Below are positions 12,001 through 19,122 of a stretch of DNA of 64,000 nucleotides, piece after piece. The stretch is from positions 248,001 to 312,000 of the IMG/VR virus record IMGVR_UViG_3300023174_005338. One strand, 5' to 3'. Both the position numbers and the translations under genes were made by a program. A model generated the notes under the pieces. It ran no database searches. It was not told the origin of the DNA and saw only the letters and a program-made list of their open reading frames with translations. Numbering within the stretch: the first letter of the stretch is position 1; each line of letters opens with the position of its first letter.

Positions 12001-12094
12001 TCAGCTGATCCAGGGTGGCCGACAAAAATTGCTCGTTGATCGGAGTCTGGAATATTTCTGGTAGGAATTCTACGCTGCGGACTTGGCGGGCCAT
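1..12094 (-). CDS. Giant virion structural protein (baseplate-associated), at least 4,031 aa, C-terminus outside the window
   Basis: ATG at 12094 overlaps the gp6 stop (TAATG) and reads MARQVRSVEFLPEIFQTPINEQFLSATLDQLIQNP. The same frame is open at the window start (…GNNLVRSIKTTIRYDRYEYASDIVEWSYLVASYAEG). The ORF track lists no terminated ORF in this frame, consistent with an uninterrupted frame running off the edge. Composition is T/N/S/V-rich; it follows the baseplate wedge gene. Confidence 0.85.
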   Translation of the reverse strand, partial: MARQVRSVEFLPEIFQTPINEQFLSATLDQLIQNPRFTQTQGFIGRRIGPGVNANDQYVVEPTKTRTDYQLEPGVVQVDPANTSKVVDAITYPGINDALQVQGAFTNNADRLYTSDYYTWDPFVELDKFVNYAQYYWLPGGPLAVDVSATSVPLTDDFTVTRANGVYTFSGVAGNNPAITLVRGGTYTFDVAQNNKETVNFRVTNNDTSSWNIDYSANPTLTLVRGNTYVFNLTQSFPWAFYIKTAPSLGTTDIYNQGVFNNGAAAGLITFTVPQDAPDTLYYANDLQFNLRGQLNIVDGTPGTGPGFWIQTDPGIDGRVIATPNISSRDVLGVTNNGEDLGTVTFNVPLADAQNFYFNMPSIGTVDLITTLQFDQINNQFLEPFFEANPTGIDGITNLQNRTIAFITQDSNPVTGGWQQTTFFDPLLNVGNVQSGTGSFDSTTFDQTTYITDQATQYSVWRIQYLTAAGGGTYMSLQFVQNVDLNNKFAVGFGAEYSSTGWYKNAAGYFEQIPLLTADRNVLFYQDGTDPEIFGRINLIDLELSDTIDVDEIIGSVNYVSPNGVVFSNGMKVVFRGNVYPATYQNQTYYVEGVGTAIQLLPVTNYVTPETYTDSLTIPYDTTPYDFGNFDGSLNQPLVPDYLTINRASPDLNAWTRSNRWFHIDVITASAEYNNTVPVLNNNFRARRPILEYRAGTRLFDFGTQALAPVDIIDFTQTDALSNVNGSLGYSIDGYTLINGSTIIFAADTDIDVRRTVYQVQFVIIDTNAEDSTIVDVPVIVLTPIATALVDQTVVILSGITEQGLSYYYDGVEWIEAQQKISVNQPPLFDIYDSNGISFGNQAIYPSSNFNGSPLFSYAIGNADPDLVLGFPLTYLSLTNIGDIVFDNNFYRDSFNYTIDNRGQTLPLSTGFVRQYSNRVDFQREIGWQTAVTSSLVRQQFQFSYDGNPLLLDVAVNQNQTVPAVQIYINGQFQSADNYQYTVGTNTTTINLLTIYAPGDVIEVSVLSDQVSVAGFYEVPINLSNNPLNNNSDQFTLGTIRNHYTSIAENLIALSGPSIGANNTRDLGNIIPYGLQILQQSSPLTLTGYFMRDANYDIFASLAYNSAEYIKFKSQLLNAVTTFGISDYGNWTVAELLDRSIAQITVGRTNLNPFYWSDMLPTGTVFTSNSYTVNPITINTFNTVQTYDFSTSNYLGLCVYVNNILLTRDTGYVVSTEGPTLTILQTLAVGDVVTINEYADTAGNFVPNTPTKLGLYPKYEPRIFYDTNYVNPTLVIQGHDGSITTAFGDIRDQVLLEFEQRIFSNLKNDGNLPPLVAEDVIPGFFRTTDYSQAEVNQILGESFLSWVGANKLDYTSQTYVADNEFTYNYSQAGNRLDQQPLLGAWRGIYRYFYDTMSPNTTPWEMLGFSEQPEWWTDRYGPTPYTSDNLVLWGDLEAGLVADPVAPYVIPKYRRPGLTSVIPVGSQGELLPPFYSVMGAYNPQGFQKSWQVGDGGPVEASWWMSSSYPFAVMRLLILTRPAEFFSLFADRDLYKYSPEFDQYLYNGRYRIQPQNIEVYGNGVSKASYINWIVDYNQQLGIDSTDALTTDLANLDVRLCYRAASFIASQTLSMYLEKSSPNSENSSLLIPEESYNLLLYKNQPFNRISYSAVIVEVVEGGYTVYGYNATDPYFPTLVSRVTGLQQTLSGGNISVTVPSQYTSKLVQIPYGYTFTNLAGVVDFLLSYGEYLASQGLSFTAQENGYTLNWLQMAQEFLYFANQGWDTGTIINLNPSATQAASFRAGAVVDSIVTYTPENLILDQNRKAFDAKNLIIRRIGNTFTVNPAPGGSQTISYLQLKYTDYEDMIVLDNRTIFNDLIYNPTTAERQSRLRLSAATSTDWNGTLNAQGFILNQNNVVAWKPNTKYTKGDIVLYKNNYWQAANIVQPKSKFEYTDWLKSNYDRIEQGLLQNLATKADQLANSYDTQTANLNNDNDLLAFGLIGFQPRQYMVDLDLDDTSQVNLYQQFIKTKGTTKATDLFTQVDFNPLTAQYRILENWGILVGTYGANANRSWFEVVLNEAQLTSNPGTLQIIQPGESSDANQTVLLDNLWAESYKIPNTDILPTTYVTDSDTALPSAGYVNINDVDITVFNLNNPASIAASLNTVGNGTRIWVAQDNSFDWNIYQCAQIPGRLTQLTDNLNGTSRAQFSTTVDLAIGDLIIIRYFSDAVDGVYRVLSRPSIDTAVIQYEFVNTNQTTITGTGLVFYLQTMRVAQASDIVNLPYATQLVPGATVWVDNDGNGHWQVLEKTNPFAVIDTLTATSPEPNSLFGTSVSQSSSHYALLVGSPAANLGQGAVYTYRLGDTNDYVENTTLSLTATGTVGYGNSVDFGDRTWAVAGASASNSGAGYVTVLYLVPGSNNYIQTQLLVEPNENFAAIGFGTAVQISDNERWLYVSAPGANQLYAYGRVDVPRQSIVYTTDGTTATFVYSDSIEVDSTYPAQLLVTLDNVLLQPGTDYTLSGVVVQLLSTPSAGKTLIIARRQSVQLDFYNYFGVTQNSTTGSGTGAVFTVTNTRGLYNVTLTAPGTAYTVGEQLTISYTQVDPGGSAANNITVTVTQVVSGGITAFTYTGSAVNNTSVFSLTDYLYTADNYDSFTVQVNGVLQRAYIDYTFNTGTLTFLTVPAPQAIIQVESATVGAYWQYTATISANYIDNDAAMGTSLTVDQLGRQILAGAPNDSAPDAEGDVILNAGNVYAFDRGVVKYIISDPSQLTYSIPGSSADPVSVVLNNQYLTNTDQYIDGQFTVSGSDVVLSNSVTLTAGDTLEIETNQFQFVQKFSANTVIDESEFGQSVDICSNSCSVYVGAPLDSSATGVPQAGMVQRQVNQSRIYGITTSTVANPVLTAGDTIRINNQEVAVPNAPENNVAGLIAAINGPTPNIKPNIPNVVATASANATFTGDGSTKIYSIGNMYSSATAYNTVVYVNDVLQTEGVNYTYDNNELSTNYQSIIFVEAPALDSEIVVVSGRMTVSVINSAAAAIFNKLTVLPGLTADDSAIGTAFYDLGFTTYAYTQTIVSPNPTDFAQFGAAVAVNTGAENLVVGSPNGIVYEPTIFDAGETYFDDRSTTFFDSVANSGVVYTYDYLPSANTSLSNPGKFVFGQQVYTTALNTGDRFGSAVNYRSGRLLVGAPGNDLGDSSANYGSVSVLDNANDDAVWQVIHAQQPTVDVNLINSVYSYDKLLNSTQTYFDYIDPLQGKILGVARRNIDYIGAVDPASYNTGTIHNIGTSWGPAHEGEIWWDTNSVRFIDANQDNLIYASTRWGQVFPGSTIDIYQWTASSVPPANYVGPGTPFSTTSYTVHASIDNQGLLQTTYFFWVRGISTVATQARKTLSTTAIASYILNPAGSGLPYIAALTANAIALYNAGSLLSANNTILHVEYDRQIQGGTADVHQEYEFIPDGKPNAFLNANLYRKLLDSLSGTTTTGAVVPDPLLSPGMQYGVQFRPRQSMFENRFNALQNYLGRANTVLAQFPISETRNFNLLNSQEPIPSSVSGAWDFEVANLEVLSYQNLYVVPLGYRYLVTNDASQNGRWTIYQVNAGTQPGQRVLDLVQVQTYDTTLYWNYIDWYRPGYNSSIQPVATVANVAGLQTLNLQTAPVGSSVKVTANGQGKFEIYLRTDLGWDRVVLQDGTIEFSETLWNYALGGYGFDAQVFDGNYFDQAPNTETRYIVRAINEELFVDDLLIERNQSLILLFKFIYSEFGAPEWLIKTSYITVDHVIRGLLPYELFQPDNQTFVLDYLNEVKPYHVQNLQFNLIYDGIDLYAGALTDYDVPAYFNTTLDIPQFVSPVLTPYDYSNSVTQSFVSDASADAEIWLQRPWSDWFNNYGLSVQAITVIDTTTTYSAVPYITIGNEWTASTALALGDQVFYGNNLYTVTVAGTTGTNAPRFTSGSLANGTATLTYSGLRAQATAVLRANGTIATVTVTQPGTSYLTTPSIAVNDTNDSTANYGYGLVPVMGNNLVRSIKTTIRYDRYEYASDIVEWSYLVASYAEG

Positions 12095-15000
12095 TAAATC
12101 ACTCCACTGCCAGGAGCAGTTTGTAAATTGGTGCTGGTCAAGGCCGTGATCACTTCCACATCATTGACCGTGGCGCCATTTACAAATATCTGATTGGGAG
12201 CCGATCTTATTTCATACAAGTCCCCAAAACTTTTTTGTGGGCTCAGTGGCACCAAAACCACACTGCTGACCACATCACCTATGTTTTGATGTATGTACGC
12301 AGCCAACTCGCTGAAATAAAAAGTATCGCCAAAATTCCAATTTTCAATACTGAAGTAGGCATTCATGTTGGCCACTACTAAATTTTTAATGGTGCTGACA
12401 CTGGCTGTGCTACCGGCTGCACGGATCACTTTGACGGTGGCCCGCAGAGCCTGATCTGCTTTTTGTCCAAACAAGGGCTGGAAATCCACGGTGTTAAGGA
12501 TCATGTTGTCCGAGATCATCTTGTATTCTTGTAGTCCTTGATAGACCGTGGTCAGGTCGTTGATGGTGGGTGGTGTTGGTTCTACAACTGTGCCAGTAAC
12601 GTCCTGCAACCAATTGATGTAGGCAGTGTAGTAGGCATTGGTCACAATGTAGATATCTATAATGTTGGTGCTGCCTGGATCAATACGGCTGGTCAACGGA
12701 CTGTTGTGACGATACTGGAAATATAGATCTTGTCGTCCTACCTTGGCCTGATACTCATTGCTCACAGTCAACGTAGGATTGTCTAGACTGTCTACTCCTA
12801 GCACATAAAATGTGCCGGCACTGTAGTCAATGTTTGAAGTGGCACCGGTGGGATTGTAGGCATAAAATACCTGGCCCACAACAAACTGTGACTGCACAGC
12901 CTGTATGGCCGACAAGCTGGGGTAGTTGCTGTTGACAATGCCAGATTCAATCAGCAGATAGCGTTGTAGATTGTCAAAATCCACTGTGGCCTGGAAGAAT
13001 ACCAATTTGTCTGTGGGATCCACTATGGGTGCCACAATGTCATCAAAGAAATCTGGGTTGACTGGTGTGAGATTTCCGGCTCTGGCAAAACTGACCAAGA
13101 CTTGGAAATCATCCACTAGTCCGTCACTGAGCACAGGTTGATCAATGATGGTCAGCACATTGTCCGATCCCATGGGCACCGGCGAGTCAGGACGACTATT
13201 GACCTTGAGCACGTTGATGTAGTCGCGGATCACAGTGCCTGTGCGGCTGTCATAGATGGGATCGCTAGTATAAAAGAAAAATCTGGTCTGTAGCACGCTG
13301 CCAAAATAGTATTCCAAGCTTCTTGATACTACGGTGTAAGTGGCCCCGTCAAAGGTGGCCTGCACCAACCAACTAGCATCACTGTTGGTGCCTGCTGTGC
13401 TTTGTGCGTTGGACAAACTGAAACTGGCATTGGTGGCCAAGTTGCCAGCAGTGATCACATACCAGGTGTTGGTTAGGTTGTTGTAGCCCAGACCAAAATT
13501 TTGATTCAAAGAAATTTGTTCTACTATGCTTTGTTGCACAGTGGTGGGTATGTCCGTGGCAAACACCGGAATGACCTGAGTAGGAATGGCTCTGGTGGGC
13601 ACAAAATTGTTCAGGACCACCGGACCCAGACCATTGGGCAAATTGCCCAGGCCTTCTGCTGTGCCAGATAGGTACACCGCTGTGGGGCTGGCCCAGATGG
13701 TGGTTTTTTCGTCGGGGTTGCTGGGCGTGCCCACTTGCAAACGGTTGTTGGCATCAAAATATTCACCTGTGGGTGCCACAAATTTGACCAGACTACCTTC
13801 AGTAATATATTTGCCATTGTTGCTGGCATAGGTACCAATGGCCACAGGGTTGCCTAGGGCATTTTCAAAATAGCCAGTGGTTTCATTGGCCAGACTGGTG
13901 CTTTGATTCCAGGTGTAGTTCAACACGGACAGATCGGGTCTGGGAAAATTTGCATAATAAAATTGTTGCAGACCATCGCGCAAAGTCAACGGATTGATCT
14001 GATTGATCACAGCATCAGAAATGTCATTGCTGGTCAGCCACGAGAATCGGAATGCAAACAGATCATTGCTTTCATACAAGGCACCATCGCTGGCAAAAAT
14101 ATTTGTGCTGCTGTATTTGCCAGTGGGATCCACCAGATCAAGATAGCGACTGGTTCCAATGCTGGCACGATTTACGGCCGAGCTTTTGAGAATACTGGTG
14201 TATTGTGTGAACGGGAAATTGGTATAGTCCTCGCCGTTGACCATCCTGTTCTGAGTATAGTATTGTGCAGGTGCACGCTGTTTAATTTCTTGTATGGTTT
14301 CTCGTGCCTGTGCATTGGTCACAGGTTCTGTGATGCCGCAGGTAAATGTTATGGTTTCAATCTGTCCTGTGCGACTCACATAGCTGATAGGCACGCTGAC
14401 ACTCTGCATCTCCACAGGATTGATAATGTAGGTCAGACCATTTGAAGCACGCACATAGGTACGGAAGGTGCCCACTGGTATAGTGGCAAATATGCCGTCA
14501 CCAAAGTTTAGTGTGATTTGATCATTGGTGCGACTGGCCACACTGTAGATATCTCTGGTGCCGGGAGCCAGTTGTTCCACAGCAGCCGCATACACACTCT
14601 GTACCTTTTCCCAGTAGTTGGAAACGTTGCCTAGATTGTCCAACTGATACAGCCATACGTCGGTGTTATTGATGCCTTCGATGTTGATGGCCACTGCACG
14701 ATTTGTGATGCGTTCGGCTAGGTTGAAATCTTGATTCTGCAACACACCTTGTTTGAACAGGAAAAAGAAACCAGTGTTGCCGCTGAGAAACCCTTGCTGA
14801 TCATTGCGGAACAACACATTGAATTGTCCATTGGGCAAGGGTGGAGGTTCATACACAAAGTCTGTTCCTGCTGATGTGGCATTGACCACTTCAAAAGGCA
14901 TGTTGACTGTGTCAACTGTGGCAGTGTAAGGTATCACGGGCAAGAATCCAGGCACAAGATTTATTGTGTATTCCTGTGTGTCTACTCCCAGTATGTCCTG

Positions 15001-15528
15001 ACGATTGCCTGGATTTCCAAACTGTTGTGTATTGACCAAGGCCGCATTGAGTATGACCGTGAACTGTTCTTGCCAGTCAAGATTGGTAGGATCTGCCCAG
15101 TTGACCGTGATGTTGGCCAGATTGATGCCGTTGTAGTCGGTGACGTTTTCTGTAGTGCTCACAGAAAATACCTTGAGATACCCGGATGCTTCGGTGTTGC
15201 GATTGGGACTATAACTGACCAAGTTTGCCAGCCGTACCACACTGTCTCGCCGTTCAGCTGTGTCTAGGTAATTTTCTCTGGTGTTGAGGTCTGTGCGAAA
15301 CGCCAGACTCTGCCCCATGAATGCCATGACATCCAACAAGGCAATAAATTCTGAACTTTCAATGTAGTCATTGAAGGTTTCTGGATAATACAGGCGCAAA
15401 TAGTCCACAAAACTCTTGCGCAGGGTTTCAAAATCATAGCTTTGGAAGTCGGCTTCCTGGTAGGTTTGATAGATCCTTTTCCAGTCTTCTACCCCAAAAA
15501 TTGCTGTTTGTCTTGACGTTGTGGCCAT
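12094..15528 (-). CDS. gp6: Baseplate wedge subunit, T4 gp6-like (1144 aa)
   Basis: N-terminal DFQSYDFETLRKSFVDYL…FNDYIESSEFIALLDVMAF…RENYLDTAERRDSVVRLANLVSY, plus ETIQEIKQRAPAQYYTQNRMVNGEDY, typical of gp6/baseplate-J proteins; adjacent to gp25. Confidence 0.85.
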   Translation of the reverse strand: MATTSRQTAIFGVEDWKRIYQTYQEADFQSYDFETLRKSFVDYLRLYYPETFNDYIESSEFIALLDVMAFMGQSLAFRTDLNTRENYLDTAERRDSVVRLANLVSYSPNRNTEASGYLKVFSVSTTENVTDYNGINLANITVNWADPTNLDWQEQFTVILNAALVNTQQFGNPGNRQDILGVDTQEYTINLVPGFLPVIPYTATVDTVNMPFEVVNATSAGTDFVYEPPPLPNGQFNVLFRNDQQGFLSGNTGFFFLFKQGVLQNQDFNLAERITNRAVAINIEGINNTDVWLYQLDNLGNVSNYWEKVQSVYAAAVEQLAPGTRDIYSVASRTNDQITLNFGDGIFATIPVGTFRTYVRASNGLTYIINPVEMQSVSVPISYVSRTGQIETITFTCGITEPVTNAQARETIQEIKQRAPAQYYTQNRMVNGEDYTNFPFTQYTSILKSSAVNRASIGTSRYLDLVDPTGKYSSTNIFASDGALYESNDLFAFRFSWLTSNDISDAVINQINPLTLRDGLQQFYYANFPRPDLSVLNYTWNQSTSLANETTGYFENALGNPVAIGTYASNNGKYITEGSLVKFVAPTGEYFDANNRLQVGTPSNPDEKTTIWASPTAVYLSGTAEGLGNLPNGLGPVVLNNFVPTRAIPTQVIPVFATDIPTTVQQSIVEQISLNQNFGLGYNNLTNTWYVITAGNLATNASFSLSNAQSTAGTNSDASWLVQATFDGATYTVVSRSLEYYFGSVLQTRFFFYTSDPIYDSRTGTVIRDYINVLKVNSRPDSPVPMGSDNVLTIIDQPVLSDGLVDDFQVLVSFARAGNLTPVNPDFFDDIVAPIVDPTDKLVFFQATVDFDNLQRYLLIESGIVNSNYPSLSAIQAVQSQFVVGQVFYAYNPTGATSNIDYSAGTFYVLGVDSLDNPTLTVSNEYQAKVGRQDLYFQYRHNSPLTSRIDPGSTNIIDIYIVTNAYYTAYINWLQDVTGTVVEPTPPTINDLTTVYQGLQEYKMISDNMILNTVDFQPLFGQKADQALRATVKVIRAAGSTASVSTIKNLVVANMNAYFSIENWNFGDTFYFSELAAYIHQNIGDVVSSVVLVPLSPQKSFGDLYEIRSAPNQIFVNGATVNDVEVITALTSTNLQTAPGSGVI

Positions 15529-15573
15529 AAGTGTTCCCAGTTTTAATATTTAGTTTGGTTATAAACTGGGTAG

Positions 15574-15948
15574 TTAAACGTAAGTGGCAGAACGTTGTTG
15601 TTGGTCAAAAAATATGCTCAATTGTTGTGCTGTAGTACTGGGCACAACCGCCAGACCCAGCTGTATCAAGATGCCGTTTTCTTGCGGAAACATCTGCATG
15701 CCACTGATGAATATTCTAGGATCTCCGGCGCAAACACGTTGTATTTCCTGTTGCAACAGGGCTTGTGTTTCTTGTGTTTGATTTTCAAACAGATAGTTCC
15801 AGATCACAGTGCCATAGCCGGGTCTTCCCGGCAATTCGCCCTGTCGTATGTTGAAAGCATTGAGCAGATCAATCTTGATCAGATCAAAATCCACGGCTGT
15901 GAATTTTTTGTTTTGGTCGATGGTGTTGAATCCAATGAATGTGGGCAT
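15574..15948 (-). CDS. gp25: Baseplate wedge / sheath initiator, gp25/gpW-like
   Basis: DLIKIDLLNAFNIRQGELPGRPGYGTVIWNYLFE…DPRI motif; 124 aa; position next to gp6. Confidence 0.85.
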   Translation of the reverse strand: MPTFIGFNTIDQNKKFTAVDFDLIKIDLLNAFNIRQGELPGRPGYGTVIWNYLFENQTQETQALLQQEIQRVCAGDPRIFISGMQMFPQENGILIQLGLAVVPSTTAQQLSIFFDQQQRSATYV

Positions 15949-15964
15949 GATGTATTTACTTTCT

Positions 15965-17596
15965 CTAGACCAAGGTGCCAGCGCCGGGATTAAAAACCGT
16001 GGTAGCAGATCTGGTCAAGGTTGTGACCTGTGAAGTGAGTCCACCAAAACTGCTGCCTATGGCATTTTGCACGCCGCCAAGTAATCTGTTGCCTTGTCCT
16101 TGCAGGTCTTTTAGAACTGTTTGTGCTTTTGCGATATCTAACGCCGCGCCAATTGAGGCTGCATCAGGCACCGCAGATCCCAAACTGGGCACAGGTATTT
16201 TACTGCTGCCAAATATCTTGGTCATGGCCACATCCACTGTTGCTCGATTAACTGTGTTACTAAATCCAGCGGCTTTTTGCACAGATGCCACCAGGCTGTC
16301 CCCGGTTCCACCCAGTAGATTGCTTATGTTGATATTGCTGAAATTGCCAGCCAAGGAAGTGAGTTGGCCTTGTGCTTGGCCCAACAACGCCGTGGCCTGT
16401 CCTTGCAGTTGGCCAGCTAGAGCCGTGGCCTGACCTGTGAGTTGGCCAGTTAGCGCCGACACATTGGGTAAACCGGCAGTGAGACTGCCAACATTTAAAT
16501 TAGAAAGATTGCCAATGCCACTGGTCAACGAACTGACCGCTGTGGTGGCAAACTGCGAAGCTTTGCCTAGACTGTTCATGGCTGTCTGCACCGAGGCCAG
16601 GTTGGGAGTAATGCCCGATGTCAATGATCCCAGACTAGGAAATGCTGACAAATTGGCCAGGGAACCAATGCCCTTGATGCTGGTGAGATTTGAAGTCAAG
16701 CTGGTCAATGATGGCAGTCCCTGCGCCCATTGTGCTGTGAGTTGTGTGCCAAATCGGCTGGAGTTGGCCACAAGACTGCCTATCTGACTGTTGACACTGT
16801 TGGTCAGGAACGATGTTGCTGTGACCAATGACGTGGTTGCACCAGTATACACTACTCCTCGCACAGCCGATATAGATTGTGCGGCTGGTGTTTCAATCAC
16901 TCCTGCGGCCTGCAGACTGTTGTAGCCTTGAGTCATTAATTGTGCTTGTGCAGTGTGCTGTATGGCATTGTTGTTGAGAAAATCAGAGGCATTGTTTACT
17001 CCGCCCAGTCCAGTCCAGATACCAGGAGCATCTAACACATCGGTCAGGGTGCTTGAGCCATTTTGCAAGAACTGTTGCCAGGTTCCGGGCTTGACATAAC
17101 CGGCCATTTCCAACTGCTGGCAGGACAGACCATATTGCCCTACACCTTTGTCGTTGGTCATTTCTGTGGGATCTTGCTCTACTGAATTGGCCACTTGTGC
17201 CATGATGGCCTGTGTTTGACTTGACGTGAGTGATCCGATGGCAGGGGCAGTAAATCCGCTAGCGGTAATTTCAGCTAGATCCGCAGAAGTGATGGGATTC
17301 TCCAAGGGAGTATCTATCAGCACAGGCAAATTTGTTGTCACAGTTGGCAGGCCATTGACGATGGCCAAGATCACACGATCATTTACACCTGCTGTGCCAC
17401 GATCTAGTCTGCCAAGGTCAAATCTGATATTATTGATGCTGTCGCCGCTGATGCTTTGTCCAGGCACAAACCCAGTCAGGGCGCCGGCTGCAACTTGACT
17501 GTAAAAGATAAAATCAGCCTGTGAAGGTGTGGTTTCAGCAGATGCTTGTAGTGTAAAATTTGCACCAGATGGCAGAGTGTATTTGAATTGGCTCAT
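15965..17596 (-). CDS. Baseplate/tail-associated protein with a possible lysozyme-like central domain and a low-complexity S/L/G/T C-terminus
   Basis: GVGQYGLSCQQLEMAGYVKPG…WTG…DFLNN..IQ segment resembles phage lysozyme-like domains; lies between the gp5-like and gp25 genes. Confidence 0.5.
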   Translation of the reverse strand: MSQFKYTLPSGANFTLQASAETTPSQADFIFYSQVAAGALTGFVPGQSISGDSINNIRFDLGRLDRGTAGVNDRVILAIVNGLPTVTTNLPVLIDTPLENPITSADLAEITASGFTAPAIGSLTSSQTQAIMAQVANSVEQDPTEMTNDKGVGQYGLSCQQLEMAGYVKPGTWQQFLQNGSSTLTDVLDAPGIWTGLGGVNNASDFLNNNAIQHTAQAQLMTQGYNSLQAAGVIETPAAQSISAVRGVVYTGATTSLVTATSFLTNSVNSQIGSLVANSSRFGTQLTAQWAQGLPSLTSLTSNLTSIKGIGSLANLSAFPSLGSLTSGITPNLASVQTAMNSLGKASQFATTAVSSLTSGIGNLSNLNVGSLTAGLPNVSALTGQLTGQATALAGQLQGQATALLGQAQGQLTSLAGNFSNINISNLLGGTGDSLVASVQKAAGFSNTVNRATVDVAMTKIFGSSKIPVPSLGSAVPDAASIGAALDIAKAQTVLKDLQGQGNRLLGGVQNAIGSSFGGLTSQVTTLTRSATTVFNPGAGTLV

Positions 17597-17601
17597 GTCA
17601 T

Positions 17602-19122
17602 TTAACCCGTGGATGTAATGGTCACCCCAGCCGGCACCGGTGGAGTATCGGGTGGCGGAGTAGGAGCTCCACTAAATTTAACCGACACACTTACACCTTG
17701 ATTGTGATACGGGTAAGGCTCATGCGTGGGCGCACGAGTCACTATGCTTTCCGTACCCACTGGATCCGCAATCCAACCCACTGTAGAATTAAATTCAACC
17801 TTAGGTAGTAGATATTTGGTCAGACCCTTAGGTGTTTGTACTTCAATGCGTGGGCCACCATTGAGTTGTATCTGTCCACTGTTAAAACTAAGAGTAGAAG
17901 CGGCTGCCCAACTGCCCAGTTGACTGGTCATGGCCAAGGCTCCTGTAGTTTTTAATCCTATGTTGCTTTGACTGAACAAGGTCATGGCACCTTTGTTGGA
18001 CAGGCTGATATCGCCGTCACTTTGCATGGTGGTGCCTTGTGTGCTTTTCATGTTGATGTTTCGTCCAGCAAACATGTTGATGTCTTCATCCGCATGTAAG
18101 TTTATAGTGCCTTGAGTGCGTAGATTTACGCTGTTGGTGGTGTACACATCCAGGGTGCCTTCTTGGCCCAGTTCAATCCAGGCTTGGCCATTGGCATGAC
18201 AGATGTACAAGCAGTTGCCATCGTCGCTCATGGTGATTTGATGACCTTTGCTGGTGCGTATCCTAATTAAATTGTCATTGCCGTTGAGATCTCCGTCATC
18301 CATGACCAAGGTATGGCCACCACGTCGCGCAACCACATTGACCGCAGATGGTTGCGCTGCCTGTAGTTCTTGATCGGTAATGCCAGCATCGCCGCCTGCG
18401 CCACCGCCTATACCGCCCAGATATATGGCACGACCTGGTGTACTGATGCCATAGCATCCACTGGGACTTTCACGCTGGCTGGTGCTACCGATTGATCCAC
18501 GCACCTGATCATTGATCAAGCCTTGCTGGAACAAGATGCCGGCCACGTAGCTGTGTACTGGTTTTGGTTGATCAAAATACTTGGGATTGTTGACAATGGC
18601 ATCGTTGCTGTTGTTGATCTCGGTCACAGGCAATCTGGTGCTGCCGGCAAAATAGCTGGCCTGCGTGGCATTTTGTGTGACTGCTTGATTTTTTTCCACT
18701 GATCCCACAGCCGGAATCATGTGCGTTATGCCTTGGTCTGGAATACAACCTACATAGTAACCTTGACTGGGATCGCCGCCCACAAAGAAACACAACACCT
18801 GTACACCAAGGTCAGGTGGAGTAAACCACATGCCATAGCTTTGTGGATTGCCTTGTTCAAAAGATCCAGTGCCAGCAGCAGCACCGGCAGGAGTTGTGCC
18901 GTAGAATGGTGGACAGTAGTTGACCGTGCGCCACAGACTGGTATCATCAGGGTTGTCGCCGCCAAATAGTTCAATGTAAACCTGCAAGCGACCGCTGCGA
19001 GTGGCATCCACATTGTTTTTGACCACACCAATAAATGGACCCATTTCCACCGGCATGCCGCCGCGGTCCATTTTGTAGTTGCGTGGTTGTCCGCGATTGC
19101 GTTGTGTATTTTCTCCGGCCAT
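17602..19122 (-). CDS. Baseplate central spike, gp5/VgrG-like
   Basis: N-terminal OB-fold GVVKNNVDATRSGRLQVYI…SYGMWFTPPDLGVQVLCFF, then GHTLVMDDG…IRIRTSKGHQITMSD and beta-helix-like repeats. Confidence 0.8.
   Translation of the reverse strand: MAGENTQRNRGQPRNYKMDRGGMPVEMGPFIGVVKNNVDATRSGRLQVYIELFGGDNPDDTSLWRTVNYCPPFYGTTPAGAAAGTGSFEQGNPQSYGMWFTPPDLGVQVLCFFVGGDPSQGYYVGCIPDQGITHMIPAVGSVEKNQAVTQNATQASYFAGSTRLPVTEINNSNDAIVNNPKYFDQPKPVHSYVAGILFQQGLINDQVRGSIGSTSQRESPSGCYGISTPGRAIYLGGIGGGAGGDAGITDQELQAAQPSAVNVVARRGGHTLVMDDGDLNGNDNLIRIRTSKGHQITMSDDGNCLYICHANGQAWIELGQEGTLDVYTTNSVNLRTQGTINLHADEDINMFAGRNINMKSTQGTTMQSDGDISLSNKGAMTLFSQSNIGLKTTGALAMTSQLGSWAAASTLSFNSGQIQLNGGPRIEVQTPKGLTKYLLPKVEFNSTVGWIADPVGTESIVTRAPTHEPYPYHNQGVSVSVKFSGAPTPPPDTPPVPAGVTITSTG

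Noticed and set aside
830-12064. Many + strand ORFs, up to 369 aa (10955-12064)
   Set aside because: Antisense shadows of the giant minus-strand gene; no motifs or ribosome-binding sites.
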